This document shows, piece by piece, positions 27,276 through 36,967 of a stretch of 64,000 nucleotides of DNA. The stretch is taken from assembly GCA_029559475.1 (NCBI GenBank), contig JAKQBN010000030.1, forward strand, positions 10,756 through 74,755, written 5' to 3'. The notes under the pieces are model-generated. The model searched no databases, was not told where the DNA came from, and saw nothing but the letters and a program-made list of their open reading frames with translations. The stretch comes from a bacterium. Its GTDB lineage: Bacteria; UBA4055. Position 1 is the first letter of the stretch. Each line of letters opens with the position of its first letter. A program made the translations under genes and the position numbers.

Positions 27276-27908
27276 ATGGCCCGGCAGACTGAATCTTACA
27301 TAAATAAACTCCTCGACCTCAAACCGCAGAAAACGGACGGACTCTATAATGAACTCGCAGCAAAAGGACATCCCGTCATCAGGCGCGACGTAGCAATGTT
27401 CCTGTCGCAGGTCATAACTCTGTCGGAACCCGAAAAAATACTCGAAATAGGAACCAACGCCGGCTATTCTGCAATAGTCATGGCAAAAGCAATGAAAAAA
27501 GGGAAGATATATACGATCGACTACCGTGCGGACAATCATCAGAGTGCCGCGGAGAACTTCAAAAAGTTCGGAGTCGAAGACAAGATAAGTCTTCTCACGG
27601 GCTACGGGAATGACATTATAAAGGAGCTGAACGAGAATTTCGATCTGATATTCATAGATGCCGATAAAAAGGGATACGGCGCGTATCTCGATTACGCAGC
27701 CTGTCATTTAAATCCTAAAGGAGTAATAATCGCGGATAACCTGTTCTGGAAAGGCGCAGTGATCTCGGAAGAAGCAGGTGATGACCCCAGAGGCGTGACT
27801 TCATCTCTGAGAGAATTCAATAAAAAATTCGCCTCTCTGAAAGGATTTAAAACGCAGATACTATCCATCGGCGACGGACTCGGATTCGCGGTAAAGGAAG
27901 ACAGATGA
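27276..27908 (+). CDS. class I SAM-dependent O-methyltransferase (family 3, caffeoyl-CoA OMT-like)
   Basis: Motif I (LEIGTNAGYSAI) and the DLIFIDADK block are typical of cation-dependent O-methyltransferases. The product is 210 aa. Confidence 0.8.
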   Translation: MARQTESYINKLLDLKPQKTDGLYNELAAKGHPVIRRDVAMFLSQVITLSEPEKILEIGTNAGYSAIVMAKAMKKGKIYTIDYRADNHQSAAENFKKFGVEDKISLLTGYGNDIIKELNENFDLIFIDADKKGYGAYLDYAACHLNPKGVIIADNLFWKGAVISEEAGDDPRGVTSSLREFNKKFASLKGFKTQILSIGDGLGFAVKEDR

Positions 27909-28579
27909 CAGAAGAGATCGAAAAGGAAATCAGCTACGAAAACATACCTTTTGAAGAACAGAAGAAATACGGATTTTTTAAATCTTTCGGGCTCACAGTA
28001 TATATGCTCGTAAGAACCCCGTCCGATTTTTTCAGAAGAATGCACGTGAATAAAGGCCTCGGATATCCATTTATATTCTTATTAATAGTGCTGACGGTCA
28101 GCAACGTAATGAATTATATATACATTAAATATAATATTATTGAATCTCCGGCGGAACAGATCACAAAAGCTCTGGAAAGCAGTCCCGAATTAAAGACTCA
28201 GGCTGAGGTTTTCAAAAGCATGTTCGATAAAGAGGCCACCCTCTGGGATATACCCGTAAGCATATTCGCCAATTTCGGTTTCATGTTCCTTCTGGCTGCA
28301 TACTGGCATCTGATACTTCTGACGATGAAGATCGCGGGGAACGGATTCGAAGCGACTGTAAGGATATTCTGCTATTCATCGGTAATACTGCTGACATCTG
28401 TTTTTCCGATAAGCTCGCCGTTATTAAATTTCGCAGTCTATATGTGGTGGGCGTTCATTATGTATAAGGGAATATCAGAAGCGCACGAAGTATCATTGAA
28501 CCTGGCATGGAGGGGGATGACGATATCTCTATTAGCCACTATGATACCCTTTATACTTTTCGCCGCAGCTTTTTTCTGA
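27905..28579 (+). CDS. Yip1-like multi-pass membrane protein (hypothetical)
   Basis: A cytoplasmic N-terminus is followed by five hydrophobic helices. It is coupled to the O-methyltransferase gene by an ATGA overlap. Confidence 0.4.
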   Translation: MTEEIEKEISYENIPFEEQKKYGFFKSFGLTVYMLVRTPSDFFRRMHVNKGLGYPFIFLLIVLTVSNVMNYIYIKYNIIESPAEQITKALESSPELKTQAEVFKSMFDKEATLWDIPVSIFANFGFMFLLAAYWHLILLTMKIAGNGFEATVRIFCYSSVILLTSVFPISSPLLNFAVYMWWAFIMYKGISEAHEVSLNLAWRGMTISLLATMIPFILFAAAFF

Positions 28580-31500
28580 ATTTGAACGCCGCGAAAATCA
28601 TTCTGAAAAAATCACCTCTCGAAAGCATCCAGTAAGCCGCGAAATTTATAATAAATCCCATAAATATCATTATTATCGCGTTATAAACGGAAGTATTGAC
28701 TTTCATATTCAGGAACGGTACCATTTTCTCACGCGTGAATATCGGATATATGATCTTCTGATGTTTTTCAGTTTCTGTCATTAGAGGATAAGCATACGAA
28801 AGCGCTTCATACTCCATCTTAAACCTGTCATCCCCTGAAATAACCGTCCTGTGAACCTCCATATTGCCGTACTCGGACATATACCTGCGCCTGAAATCGG
28901 AAATGTCCTTCTCCAGCATCCTTTCCTTGACGGTTCTATATGACTGTATCTCTTCTTTTGATAAACCGCTTTTTTCTTTTTTAATATGCTCGTCCAATGA
29001 ATTCTGCATAATATCTTTGGCTGAATGATACGAATTATATGTATCCTGCATTACCAGCAGTCCTTCGTAAGCCCAGCGCGAAGGCATCGCCTGACAGACC
29101 TCAGGGATCGGTGAATTCTGATATATCGTCAGAGAAGTATTTAGCTCTTTATACTGGATCAGCGCTCCGCCGAATATTATCTGCGGGATGAGAATTAAGG
29201 GAATAATATTCTGCACGGCTTTTACGCTGAGCCCCGGGATCGATGATATGAAAAATCCCAGAGAGATCCCGACGGCTGAGATAACCGTCATAAAAGCAAG
29301 ATAATACAGGTGAAGTTCTCTGATCTCTAAAAACAAGAAACTGACCGTGATGAAAAGAACGTTCTGGATTGTGGCGAATATCATCTGCGTGGAGAATTTT
29401 GATACGTAATACCTTAAAAATTCGATATCCAGCATTTTCTCGCGTCTGATTATCTCCGTATCCTTGATGATCTCGTCCGAGCTGTTCGACATGGCCAGAA
29501 ATATACCGATTATGACCGTCAGAAAAAGAAAAGTAGGCAGATGGATGTTGTTATAAAGCGAATATTCACTGGCGGGAATATACCTTAAAATAAAACCGAC
29601 AACAGCTGCCAGAAGCGGAGCTTCCAGAAATGTAATTATAATATTCGATCTGTTCCGCAGCTTGTTAATAAAATTCCTTTTAAACAGAATGACGAACTGA
29701 GTTAATTTCCCTTCAAGATCGTAATTCTTTGACGGTACGTCGTTCACAATATCTTTTGTGGGTATCTTTACAGGCCTGAGCTCTTTTATGTATTCTGTAA
29801 ATTTTTCTTTCCAGAATTCCGGCTTGAATTTTCTTTCCGGCAGCACCGATCCGTCAACATCCCTTAAAGGTTCTTCGAGAGTATCAAGAAGAATGTCAGG
29901 ATCATTTTTTCCTATGCTCATGTCAGTGAAATAACTGTTGTACCTGTTGTACTGCCTGAAATACTGGATCGCGTTATAGGTGCTGCCGTAAAATGCGAGC
30001 TTTCCGCCGTGGTCAAGTATCAGAGCTTTATTGAATTTGTTGTATATTTTGTAGCCCGGCTGATGGATCACGGCGAAGATTATTTTTCCCTTTACCGCAA
30101 GCTTTTTGAGCAGTTCAACGACTTTCTCGGAATCCTTTGATGAAAGTCCTGAGGTCGGCTCGTCAAAAAAGTAAATGTTCGAATCAGACAGAAGCTCGAG
30201 TCCGATGTTCAGCCTTTTCCTTTCGCCTCCGCTCAGAACCCTTTCCGATTCCGCACCGACCTTTAAATTCATTTTATCGGAAAGACCGGTCTCCCGTATG
30301 ACGGACAGCACTCGTTCAGATATGCTTTTACCGTTGAGCTTAGGGTATCTCAGCCTCGCATTATAATACAGGTTCTCGTAAACAGTGAGATTCTCGAACA
30401 GGACATCATCCTGCGGAACGTAGCTGATGAACCGTTTTATCTTTTCATAGTATTCGAAGAAATCGAAATTATCGGTATGGATCGTGCCTTTCTGCGGTTT
30501 TATCATGCCGCACAGGATCTTTAAAAGCGTAGATTTGCCGGCTCCGCTGGGACCCATTATGCACACAAGATCGCCGTGATCGACCTCGCAGGAGATCCCG
30601 TCAACGATCTTCGTTCTATTTTTGAACGAATATTCCAGCCCTTCCACACTGTAGGTGATGTATCGGAAATATGTTTTCTCGAAAAGCCCCGCATCAAAAT
30701 TGAGCTTTAGAACATTACCCTGAATGAAAATAATGTCGCCGTTCTTCAGCCTGAACTTTTTCCGCTTCTTTACACTTCTGCCGAATATACCCGACTGCCT
30801 GTTTATCTGAAAATCCACGTTATCCCGGATTATCCAGAACGGATGCGGGCAGTCTCCAGTGTTCAGGAAATGGCTGCCGTCTTTATTCGTTATCCTGCTT
30901 TCCCACAATGATTCCGAAGCATCAGAAATATGAATTTCTGCTCCCTGATCGTTAGAAAGCCTGTATTCGTCCCTTTTACTGTCCAGCTTTATATACTCAT
31001 TGTCAAAATACTCCTGATATTTCAGCTTTCTCAGGTTGATAAAACTGTCGTTTATCTTTACGAAATCGTTAACGTTTACATATGTCTCGAATTTACATTC
31101 TCTTTCATTTACGCTTATCGAAGTTGTTTTATCGAGAGGTGTTATGATGATCTTGCAGCCTGTCATCAGAACTTTAGCCGTGCTGAAACCCTTTTTCTGT
31201 TTTTCCAGAATGATCTCTTCCGGCATGTTGTTTACGTAAAATTCCTTATCGGGATAAAGGTTGTATTTGATCTTAAGATAAAGTTTTATGTCCTCAGATT
31301 CGATAAAATAATCGTTAATCCTTATATTAGATCCGTAGATCATGCTTACAGCAGCCATCGGTTTTAACAGGCAGTTACCGGTAGAAACCGATGAATTCCC
31401 ATCCGACTTTACCATGAAATTGAAATTTCCTTCATTGAAAAGAATGACTCTCAGACCTTCAAAAGGCAGAAATATATCCGAAGCCTCCTTCTCATCTGAA

Positions 31501-32006
31501 AAATAGAGAAACTTCATCCTTGAGCCTGAATATTTTGACGGAGATATAGAACCGCTCAGATATAGCTCTTTTCCCATTTCAAAATCGGCCTGATCGATAC
31601 CGAGAATGGCGGAAACCTTTCTTCCCGTTTCGGTTTTCAGCCTCGAAACGTTCTGAATATCAAGAAATTCGAGTATCTTGAAAAAAACGAACAGCTTTTC
31701 GCCGTATGAGATGCCGCTGTATTTGCTCTGACTGAAGTTTTTTAAAGTCAGTTTCTGATTTACGTAATCATTGAATCTGTCGAAAAGGTAAAAAGCTATG
31801 CTGTCGGGATAGTTCATCCAGTAGAATTCGAGTATATAGGACCGTTCATCTTCGGTAACTTCACCATCTATCTGAGCTGTCGCTGCGAAAAGTTTTGTAA
31901 AAAATATCAGCTTTGATTCTTCGATATTTTTTAAAGTTCCTGTATCGGGAGGCGTTCCTTTTTTCTTATAGTCCAGATATCTCTGAAGATGTACAGGCAG
32001 TCCCAT
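28551..32006 (-). CDS. fused ABC transporter (ABCG/White-like NBD then ABC-2 permease) with a roughly 460-aa N-terminal extension containing a TerB-like segment
   Basis: Walker A (GPSGAGKST), the signature motif (LSGGERKRLNIGLELL), Walker B (IYFFDEPTSGL) and the H-loop (VIHQPGYKIYNKF) are present. Six C-terminal transmembrane helices follow, and the N-terminus has a TerB-like AxxxDGEVTEDER motif. Confidence 0.75.
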   Translation of the reverse strand: MGLPVHLQRYLDYKKKGTPPDTGTLKNIEESKLIFFTKLFAATAQIDGEVTEDERSYILEFYWMNYPDSIAFYLFDRFNDYVNQKLTLKNFSQSKYSGISYGEKLFVFFKILEFLDIQNVSRLKTETGRKVSAILGIDQADFEMGKELYLSGSISPSKYSGSRMKFLYFSDEKEASDIFLPFEGLRVILFNEGNFNFMVKSDGNSSVSTGNCLLKPMAAVSMIYGSNIRINDYFIESEDIKLYLKIKYNLYPDKEFYVNNMPEEIILEKQKKGFSTAKVLMTGCKIIITPLDKTTSISVNERECKFETYVNVNDFVKINDSFINLRKLKYQEYFDNEYIKLDSKRDEYRLSNDQGAEIHISDASESLWESRITNKDGSHFLNTGDCPHPFWIIRDNVDFQINRQSGIFGRSVKKRKKFRLKNGDIIFIQGNVLKLNFDAGLFEKTYFRYITYSVEGLEYSFKNRTKIVDGISCEVDHGDLVCIMGPSGAGKSTLLKILCGMIKPQKGTIHTDNFDFFEYYEKIKRFISYVPQDDVLFENLTVYENLYYNARLRYPKLNGKSISERVLSVIRETGLSDKMNLKVGAESERVLSGGERKRLNIGLELLSDSNIYFFDEPTSGLSSKDSEKVVELLKKLAVKGKIIFAVIHQPGYKIYNKFNKALILDHGGKLAFYGSTYNAIQYFRQYNRYNSYFTDMSIGKNDPDILLDTLEEPLRDVDGSVLPERKFKPEFWKEKFTEYIKELRPVKIPTKDIVNDVPSKNYDLEGKLTQFVILFKRNFINKLRNRSNIIITFLEAPLLAAVVGFILRYIPASEYSLYNNIHLPTFLFLTVIIGIFLAMSNSSDEIIKDTEIIRREKMLDIEFLRYYVSKFSTQMIFATIQNVLFITVSFLFLEIRELHLYYLAFMTVISAVGISLGFFISSIPGLSVKAVQNIIPLILIPQIIFGGALIQYKELNTSLTIYQNSPIPEVCQAMPSRWAYEGLLVMQDTYNSYHSAKDIMQNSLDEHIKKEKSGLSKEEIQSYRTVKERMLEKDISDFRRRYMSEYGNMEVHRTVISGDDRFKMEYEALSYAYPLMTETEKHQKIIYPIFTREKMVPFLNMKVNTSVYNAIIMIFMGFIINFAAYWMLSRGDFFRMIFAAFKFRKKLRRKV

Positions 32007-32016
32007 TATTTATTCC

Positions 32017-33402
32017 TTATTCCTGATTCTTTACCAAAAGACCTACGGTCTCCACATGGAAAGTATGTGGGAACATATCTACCGGCTGAACTTTTATAAG
32101 CTTGTATCCGCCTTCCTCAAGAAGCTGGACATCACGCCCGAATGTTGACGGGTTGCAGGACACATAAACGATCTTCGGCACTTTAGAACCTATAAGTGCT
32201 TCAACTACCTTGGGATGCATTCCGTCTCTTGGCGGATCGGTTATTATCACATCGAAATTTTCCTTAAAAAGTTCGCCGTCCTTTGCAAGTTTCAGCATAT
32301 CGCCGGAAACGAATTTACAGTTAGATATCCCGTTCAGCCCTGCGTTTCTCTTTGCGTTGATAACGGCGTTCTCAACAAGCTCGAATCCCGTGACGCTTTT
32401 TACGCGTCCGCTTATGTAAAGAGCTATCGTACCTACACCGCAGTAAAGGTCGAGAACATTCTCAGAACCGTTAAATCCCGCGTAATCGATAACTGTATCG
32501 TAAAGTTTAGTCACCTGCTCCGGATTGACCTGGAAGAAAGTGTCGCAGCTCAGTTCGAATTTCAAACCGCCTATCGTATCGATCAGCGTTTCGGTTCCCC
32601 GTATAAGAATGCTTTCCTCTCCGTAGGCTGTGGATGACAACCCTGAATTTATCGTATTAATGAAAGAAGCTAATTCGGGGAATTCCGAGAACAGCCTGTC
32701 TGCGATATCTTTGATCTCTTTTAATTTTCTTGATTTTGTAATCAGATTGATCATTATCCGGTCGTCATTCGTTTTTCTGATGACCATATATCTTAAAAAT
32801 CCGGTATGCTGAACAACATCATAAGGTTCCAGCCCCGATGATCTAAGCGTTTTTCTCAGTGATTGATAAACTCTGTTCATCAGATCGGTCTGCAGATTGC
32901 AATGATCGATATCTATAGCCTTGCTGAAAAATTTCGGAGCGTGAAATCCGAGCGTGAATCCTTCTTCCTCCAACCCTTTTTCTTCTTCTGTATAATATCT
33001 CAGTTTCGAGAATGTAAATTCTGTTTTGTTACGGTAATTATTATGAATCTTACATTTTATTATAGGGTGCATTTCGCAGTCAATTACTTTTCCGATCCTG
33101 CGAACGCAGTCCTTCACGACCTCTTCCTTTATGTAAGTCTGATAGTCGTACTCCACGTCTCTGAGCTTACAGCCTCCGCAGGTGGGATAATACCGGCAGT
33201 CGGATTCTTTTCTGTGAGGGGATCTTTCGATTATCTCTTTGGCGACAGCCTCGATGTATCCTGACTTTCTTTTCTTAACATAAGCTTGTACCTTTTCGCC
33301 GGGCAGAGCTCTTTCGAGCATCACCTTTCTGCCTTCATATTCGGACAGGCATTTCCCGCCGTATATCGGCTTTCCGGCCGTTAATTCGATCAATTGTTTC
33401 AT
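32017..33402 (-). CDS. rlmD: 23S rRNA (uracil-5)-methyltransferase RlmD/RumA (TRAM + SAM MTase, Fe-S cysteines)
   Basis: The N-terminal TRAM-like region and the Cys cluster (CRYYPTCGGCKL) are present. C-terminal Rossmann methyltransferase motifs (LDLYCGVGT, DPPRDG) follow. Confidence 0.85.
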   Translation of the reverse strand: MKQLIELTAGKPIYGGKCLSEYEGRKVMLERALPGEKVQAYVKKRKSGYIEAVAKEIIERSPHRKESDCRYYPTCGGCKLRDVEYDYQTYIKEEVVKDCVRRIGKVIDCEMHPIIKCKIHNNYRNKTEFTFSKLRYYTEEEKGLEEEGFTLGFHAPKFFSKAIDIDHCNLQTDLMNRVYQSLRKTLRSSGLEPYDVVQHTGFLRYMVIRKTNDDRIMINLITKSRKLKEIKDIADRLFSEFPELASFINTINSGLSSTAYGEESILIRGTETLIDTIGGLKFELSCDTFFQVNPEQVTKLYDTVIDYAGFNGSENVLDLYCGVGTIALYISGRVKSVTGFELVENAVINAKRNAGLNGISNCKFVSGDMLKLAKDGELFKENFDVIITDPPRDGMHPKVVEALIGSKVPKIVYVSCNPSTFGRDVQLLEEGGYKLIKVQPVDMFPHTFHVETVGLLVKNQE

Positions 33403-33485
33403 TCAGCCTTCAGTTAAATTAGAAGTTAAATATAAACGTTTAAATTACTTTTTTAAAGAAAATAAAATTCCAACTTGAAGTTGTA

Positions 33486-34838
33486 TCATACATTTATTTT
33501 GGAATGATCCCTTTTATACTTCAGCATTTTTGCAATTAAGATCATTCCTATTATGCCTGCTGAAATATCCGTTATGAGCCTTGCTGAAAAGATTCCCCTT
33601 ATGCCGAACAAACTGCTTCCGAGTATCGAAAGAGGTATCAGTAAAACAAGGATCCTTACAATATTGAGCACTGTGGCAAGGACCGGCTTGTGGATTCCGG
33701 TCAGGAAAAATCCGCTGTAGCGGTGGATCTCCATCATTCCATAGCCGAACGATATTGTACGGACATACAGAACGAATATTTCTATGACTTTAGGATCATT
33801 TGTAAATATCTGCGCTAAGTAAGGCGCGCTTGTATAAAATACGGCGGCTATGAAGAATCCGTAATAGAATGCGAACTTTATTGAATATATTTTAGCCTGA
33901 TGTATCCTGTCGAACCTGCCGGCGCCGTAATTCTGGCTGACGAACGGCACTAATGACATTCCGAGAGCCATCGGGATCACGAAAGCGAACATCTCCATCC
34001 TTCCGGCCGCGCTTGCGGCGGCTACGGCTTCAATACCGTGTCTGCTTATAAGCGCAGTAACGACCGCAGCGGATAACGGCATCAGCATCATGCTTATGCT
34101 GCCAGGAATGGCAAATCCCATTATCTTTTTGCATGACCTGAAAAAATGACCCGTTTCAGGCTCTTTAAGTTTAAGCAGTTTGTGCTTTTTAAAAAGAAGG
34201 TAGAACAGCCAAACAGAAGTTACTGCCTGTCCGATCACGGTTGCGAGCGCAGCTCCTAAAATGCCCATCGCCGGAAGTCCGAACCATCCGAATATGAACA
34301 TCGGATCGAGTACGCAGTTTAGAAGCGCTCCGGTAGCCATAAAAGCGCTCGCCTGCTTTGATTCTCCCAACGATATCATGATCCCGTTGCCCATCATCGG
34401 AAAAGCCATGAACACGGCTCCGAAATACCAGGTGTTCATATAACTTTTTATTAACGGCATCGTAGTCTCGTCTGCTCCAAGCTTCGAGAAAATGTAATCT
34501 ACAGAAAAATAACCCGCCGCGGCCAGCAGTACCGAAAGGATCACGACAAGAATAACTCCGTGAGTAACGAGCCTGGATGCTGAAGCGTGATCTTTGCGCC
34601 CGAGAGCGTGGGATGTCAGAGTTGTTACTCCGGTACCTATTCCGCCGGCTATAAAAGTCAGCATCATAACGACAGGCATAGTAAATCCCATCGCGGCCAA
34701 CGGAACAGTGCCCAGCCTAGACACGAAATAAGTGTCGGCGAGGTTATATGTATTCATCGCGAAGGTTCCCACAAGCATCGGGAAAGCCATCTTGAAAAGT
34801 GTTCGTTTTACTGATAATTTTGCGACTAATTCAGACAT
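33486..34838 (-). CDS. MATE family efflux transporter
   Basis: The 450-aa product has 12 predicted transmembrane helices and the typical MATE N-terminal start (LFKMAFPMLVGTFAMNTYNLADTYFV). Confidence 0.85.
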   Translation of the reverse strand: MSELVAKLSVKRTLFKMAFPMLVGTFAMNTYNLADTYFVSRLGTVPLAAMGFTMPVVMMLTFIAGGIGTGVTTLTSHALGRKDHASASRLVTHGVILVVILSVLLAAAGYFSVDYIFSKLGADETTMPLIKSYMNTWYFGAVFMAFPMMGNGIMISLGESKQASAFMATGALLNCVLDPMFIFGWFGLPAMGILGAALATVIGQAVTSVWLFYLLFKKHKLLKLKEPETGHFFRSCKKIMGFAIPGSISMMLMPLSAAVVTALISRHGIEAVAAASAAGRMEMFAFVIPMALGMSLVPFVSQNYGAGRFDRIHQAKIYSIKFAFYYGFFIAAVFYTSAPYLAQIFTNDPKVIEIFVLYVRTISFGYGMMEIHRYSGFFLTGIHKPVLATVLNIVRILVLLIPLSILGSSLFGIRGIFSARLITDISAGIIGMILIAKMLKYKRDHSKINV

Positions 34839-34851
34839 TATTTAGTTCCTT

Positions 34852-35373
34852 TTACAATAACAAATAGAATTCCAGGTTTATACCCGGAAAAAAGTTAATG
34901 TCTAGATCATCAAGAAAGGGTTCTTCCGCATCTTTCTTTTCATCTACTTTGTCAAAAACAAGATAATTAATCCCGGCATCCAGCCTGATACCCGTTCTTT
35001 CTGAGATTCTGAAACTTTTTCCCGCCTGTAAATTAAACCATCCGTTTGTGCTTTTTTCATCATCAGATTCCGAGAAATTAAGTGTAACACCGGGTTTTAT
35101 ATATAAAGACTTGTATTTGGAATGATAAAAGTAAACGTCAAAAGAAAGAGCCTGAGTATTTTCAAGCATTTCATCAGGCACAGAACCGGCTCTTAATCCG
35201 AACCATATACCTTCAGCGGCATTTATCCTTAATCCTCCATAAAACAGCTCAAGATATCCTGCTCCGGCTGATACTTCATAACTCGGGTAATGAGCAATAT
35301 TTTCATCTGCCGAAAGCTGCCCGAAGGATGCAATTGTAAATACGAACATTAATGACATAATCCAATTTCTCAT
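34852..35373 (-). CDS. hypothetical small outer-membrane beta-barrel/lipoprotein
   Basis: A signal peptide is followed by a short amphipathic beta-strand pattern, ending in an aromatic/Leu residue. Confidence 0.35.
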   Translation of the reverse strand: MRNWIMSLMFVFTIASFGQLSADENIAHYPSYEVSAGAGYLELFYGGLRINAAEGIWFGLRAGSVPDEMLENTQALSFDVYFYHSKYKSLYIKPGVTLNFSESDDEKSTNGWFNLQAGKSFRISERTGIRLDAGINYLVFDKVDEKKDAEEPFLDDLDINFFPGINLEFYLLL

Positions 35374-35391
35374 AACATGACCCCTAATTTA

Positions 35392-35676
35392 TTACTTTTT
35401 CTTCTTCACGATCTTACCTTCAATAAAATTCTCATCATACTCGATCTTATCACTCCTGTCCCATCTGACCCACGAACCGTGCTTTAAATTATTCATAAAA
35501 TGCCCGATTTCCCACAACTGCCCGGTTTCGCGATAAAATTTCCATTCGCCTTCAAATAGCTCATTAATGTACGGACCCTCAGCTTTAAGCTTGCCGCTTT
35601 TATAGTAATAAGTCAGCTTTTTACCCGAAAGAACATATATCTTCTGACCGTTCGCGTATGTGTCTTTTCCAAGCAT
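35392..35676 (-). CDS. MORN-repeat protein (YwqK-like putative antitoxin family)
   Basis: The 94-aa product has repeated G-x-W/Y motifs (YYKSGKLKAEGPY, EGEWKFYRETGQLWEIGHF, HGSWVRW) resembling YwqK/MORN repeats. No adjacent toxin is seen. Confidence 0.5.
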   Translation of the reverse strand: MLGKDTYANGQKIYVLSGKKLTYYYKSGKLKAEGPYINELFEGEWKFYRETGQLWEIGHFMNNLKHGSWVRWDRSDKIEYDENFIEGKIVKKKK

Positions 35677-35702
35677 ACTAACCTCCCTAATATAAATAAT
35701 AT

Positions 35703-36254
35703 CTATACTAGTTTTTTCCCTGCTTCCTTAGCCTGCGCCATCATTTCAGCGGGAATTTCCTGTCCGTAATTCATCTGTCCGCCGCAGCTTATCTTGCCTG
35801 CGATCTCCATTTTAAAAAATCCCGATAAAGTTCCGCAGACGCTTTCCGTAACGGCCTTGTAATTATCGGCCGGAGCTCCGCTGGTAATTATAACAACGGC
35901 TTTCTTTCCCGGTGTTCTGTTAACGGTAAAATCAGGTTCGACGAATATACAGAACCTGTCGAGAAATGTCTTGGATGTTCCGCATATATAATCCATATAG
36001 ATCGGAGCCGCCCATACTAAAGCGTCAGCTTCAACCAGTTTTTTCATTACCGGAACAAGGTCGTCTTTCTTTGTACAGAAACCCGGATCAGAATCTGACA
36101 TCTGGCAGTTTCCGCATGATTTGAAATCCAAATCATAAAGATATACATATTCAACCTCAGAACCATTCCTGACCGCCTCATCGCAAACCGCTTTAGCAAT
36201 TTTCGCGCCTGTTCCTTCTTTCCTCGCACTGCTAATGACCGCTAATATCTTCAT
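35703..36254 (-). CDS. flavodoxin-like NAD(P)H-dependent FMN reductase / iron-sulfur flavoprotein
   Basis: A flavodoxin-like N-terminus (MKILAVISSARKEGTGAKIA) is followed by a Cys cluster (CGNCQMSD...C). The product is 183 aa. Confidence 0.55.
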   Translation of the reverse strand: MKILAVISSARKEGTGAKIAKAVCDEAVRNGSEVEYVYLYDLDFKSCGNCQMSDSDPGFCTKKDDLVPVMKKLVEADALVWAAPIYMDYICGTSKTFLDRFCIFVEPDFTVNRTPGKKAVVIITSGAPADNYKAVTESVCGTLSGFFKMEIAGKISCGGQMNYGQEIPAEMMAQAKEAGKKLV

Positions 36255-36284
36255 TCCAGACTCCTTTCCGTTATTTTAATTATT

Positions 36285-36836
36285 TCATTCACACTTTTTT
36301 AGCCTCTTTGCCATAATAATATCCGGTTTACCGAAGCCGTTCGCATCAGGAATTAATCCGACGACAGTATAGCCGAGTTTCTTATAGAAATCCACAGGAT
36401 GATCCGAAGTGCTTTTAATATTCTTCATTTGATCATAAATATCGGGATAAACATCGATCCCGCCGACATTCGTCCTGCAATGCTCATCATCCGATCCTAA
36501 ATATATTGTGAACGCGCCTTTCTCAAGAACCTTATCTTCAAGATCAAGAACAAGCATCCGCCCGATACCTTTTTTCCGCATATCCGCCTTCACTGCGAGA
36601 GGATGAAGTTCCCAAGCATGGCCGTCATATTGCTCGATACCTCCGATCCAGCCTGCAACATCGCCGTTCTCATCCACTGCGATCCTGCTGATCCTGTCAT
36701 CAGAGACCGATTCCAGCACTTCTTCAACAGCGCTCTTCATATCCGGCCAAGCCCCTTCAAAACAGGTCACAAGCAGCTCTGCAGCCTGACTGACATGCTT
36801 CTCATTTTTAATATCCATGTCAATTATTCTTATCAT
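36285..36836 (-). CDS. GNAT family N-acetyltransferase
   Basis: The acetyl-CoA binding motif (MRKKGIGRMLV) is present within a GNAT fold-length protein of 183 aa. Confidence 0.7.
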   Translation of the reverse strand: MIRIIDMDIKNEKHVSQAAELLVTCFEGAWPDMKSAVEEVLESVSDDRISRIAVDENGDVAGWIGGIEQYDGHAWELHPLAVKADMRKKGIGRMLVLDLEDKVLEKGAFTIYLGSDDEHCRTNVGGIDVYPDIYDQMKNIKSTSDHPVDFYKKLGYTVVGLIPDANGFGKPDIIMAKRLKKCE

Positions 36837-36967
36837 GATTTAGAGATATCTCCGTTTACTGATCAGTTTCGTTGAGTACACTAACATACATGAAAGAATT
36901 TAACCTATTTAAAAATTCTATGCAACAAAAAAGGTGGTCACAGTTTATGACCACCTCACTCAACATT

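Noticed and set aside
28551-32006. FHA domains in the N-terminal extension of the ABC fusion (Rv1747-like)
   Set aside because: FGRS and GDIIFIQG-like fragments exist, but the central SRxH/SxNGT core of FHA domains is not present. The idea is kept as an unverified possibility, not a call.
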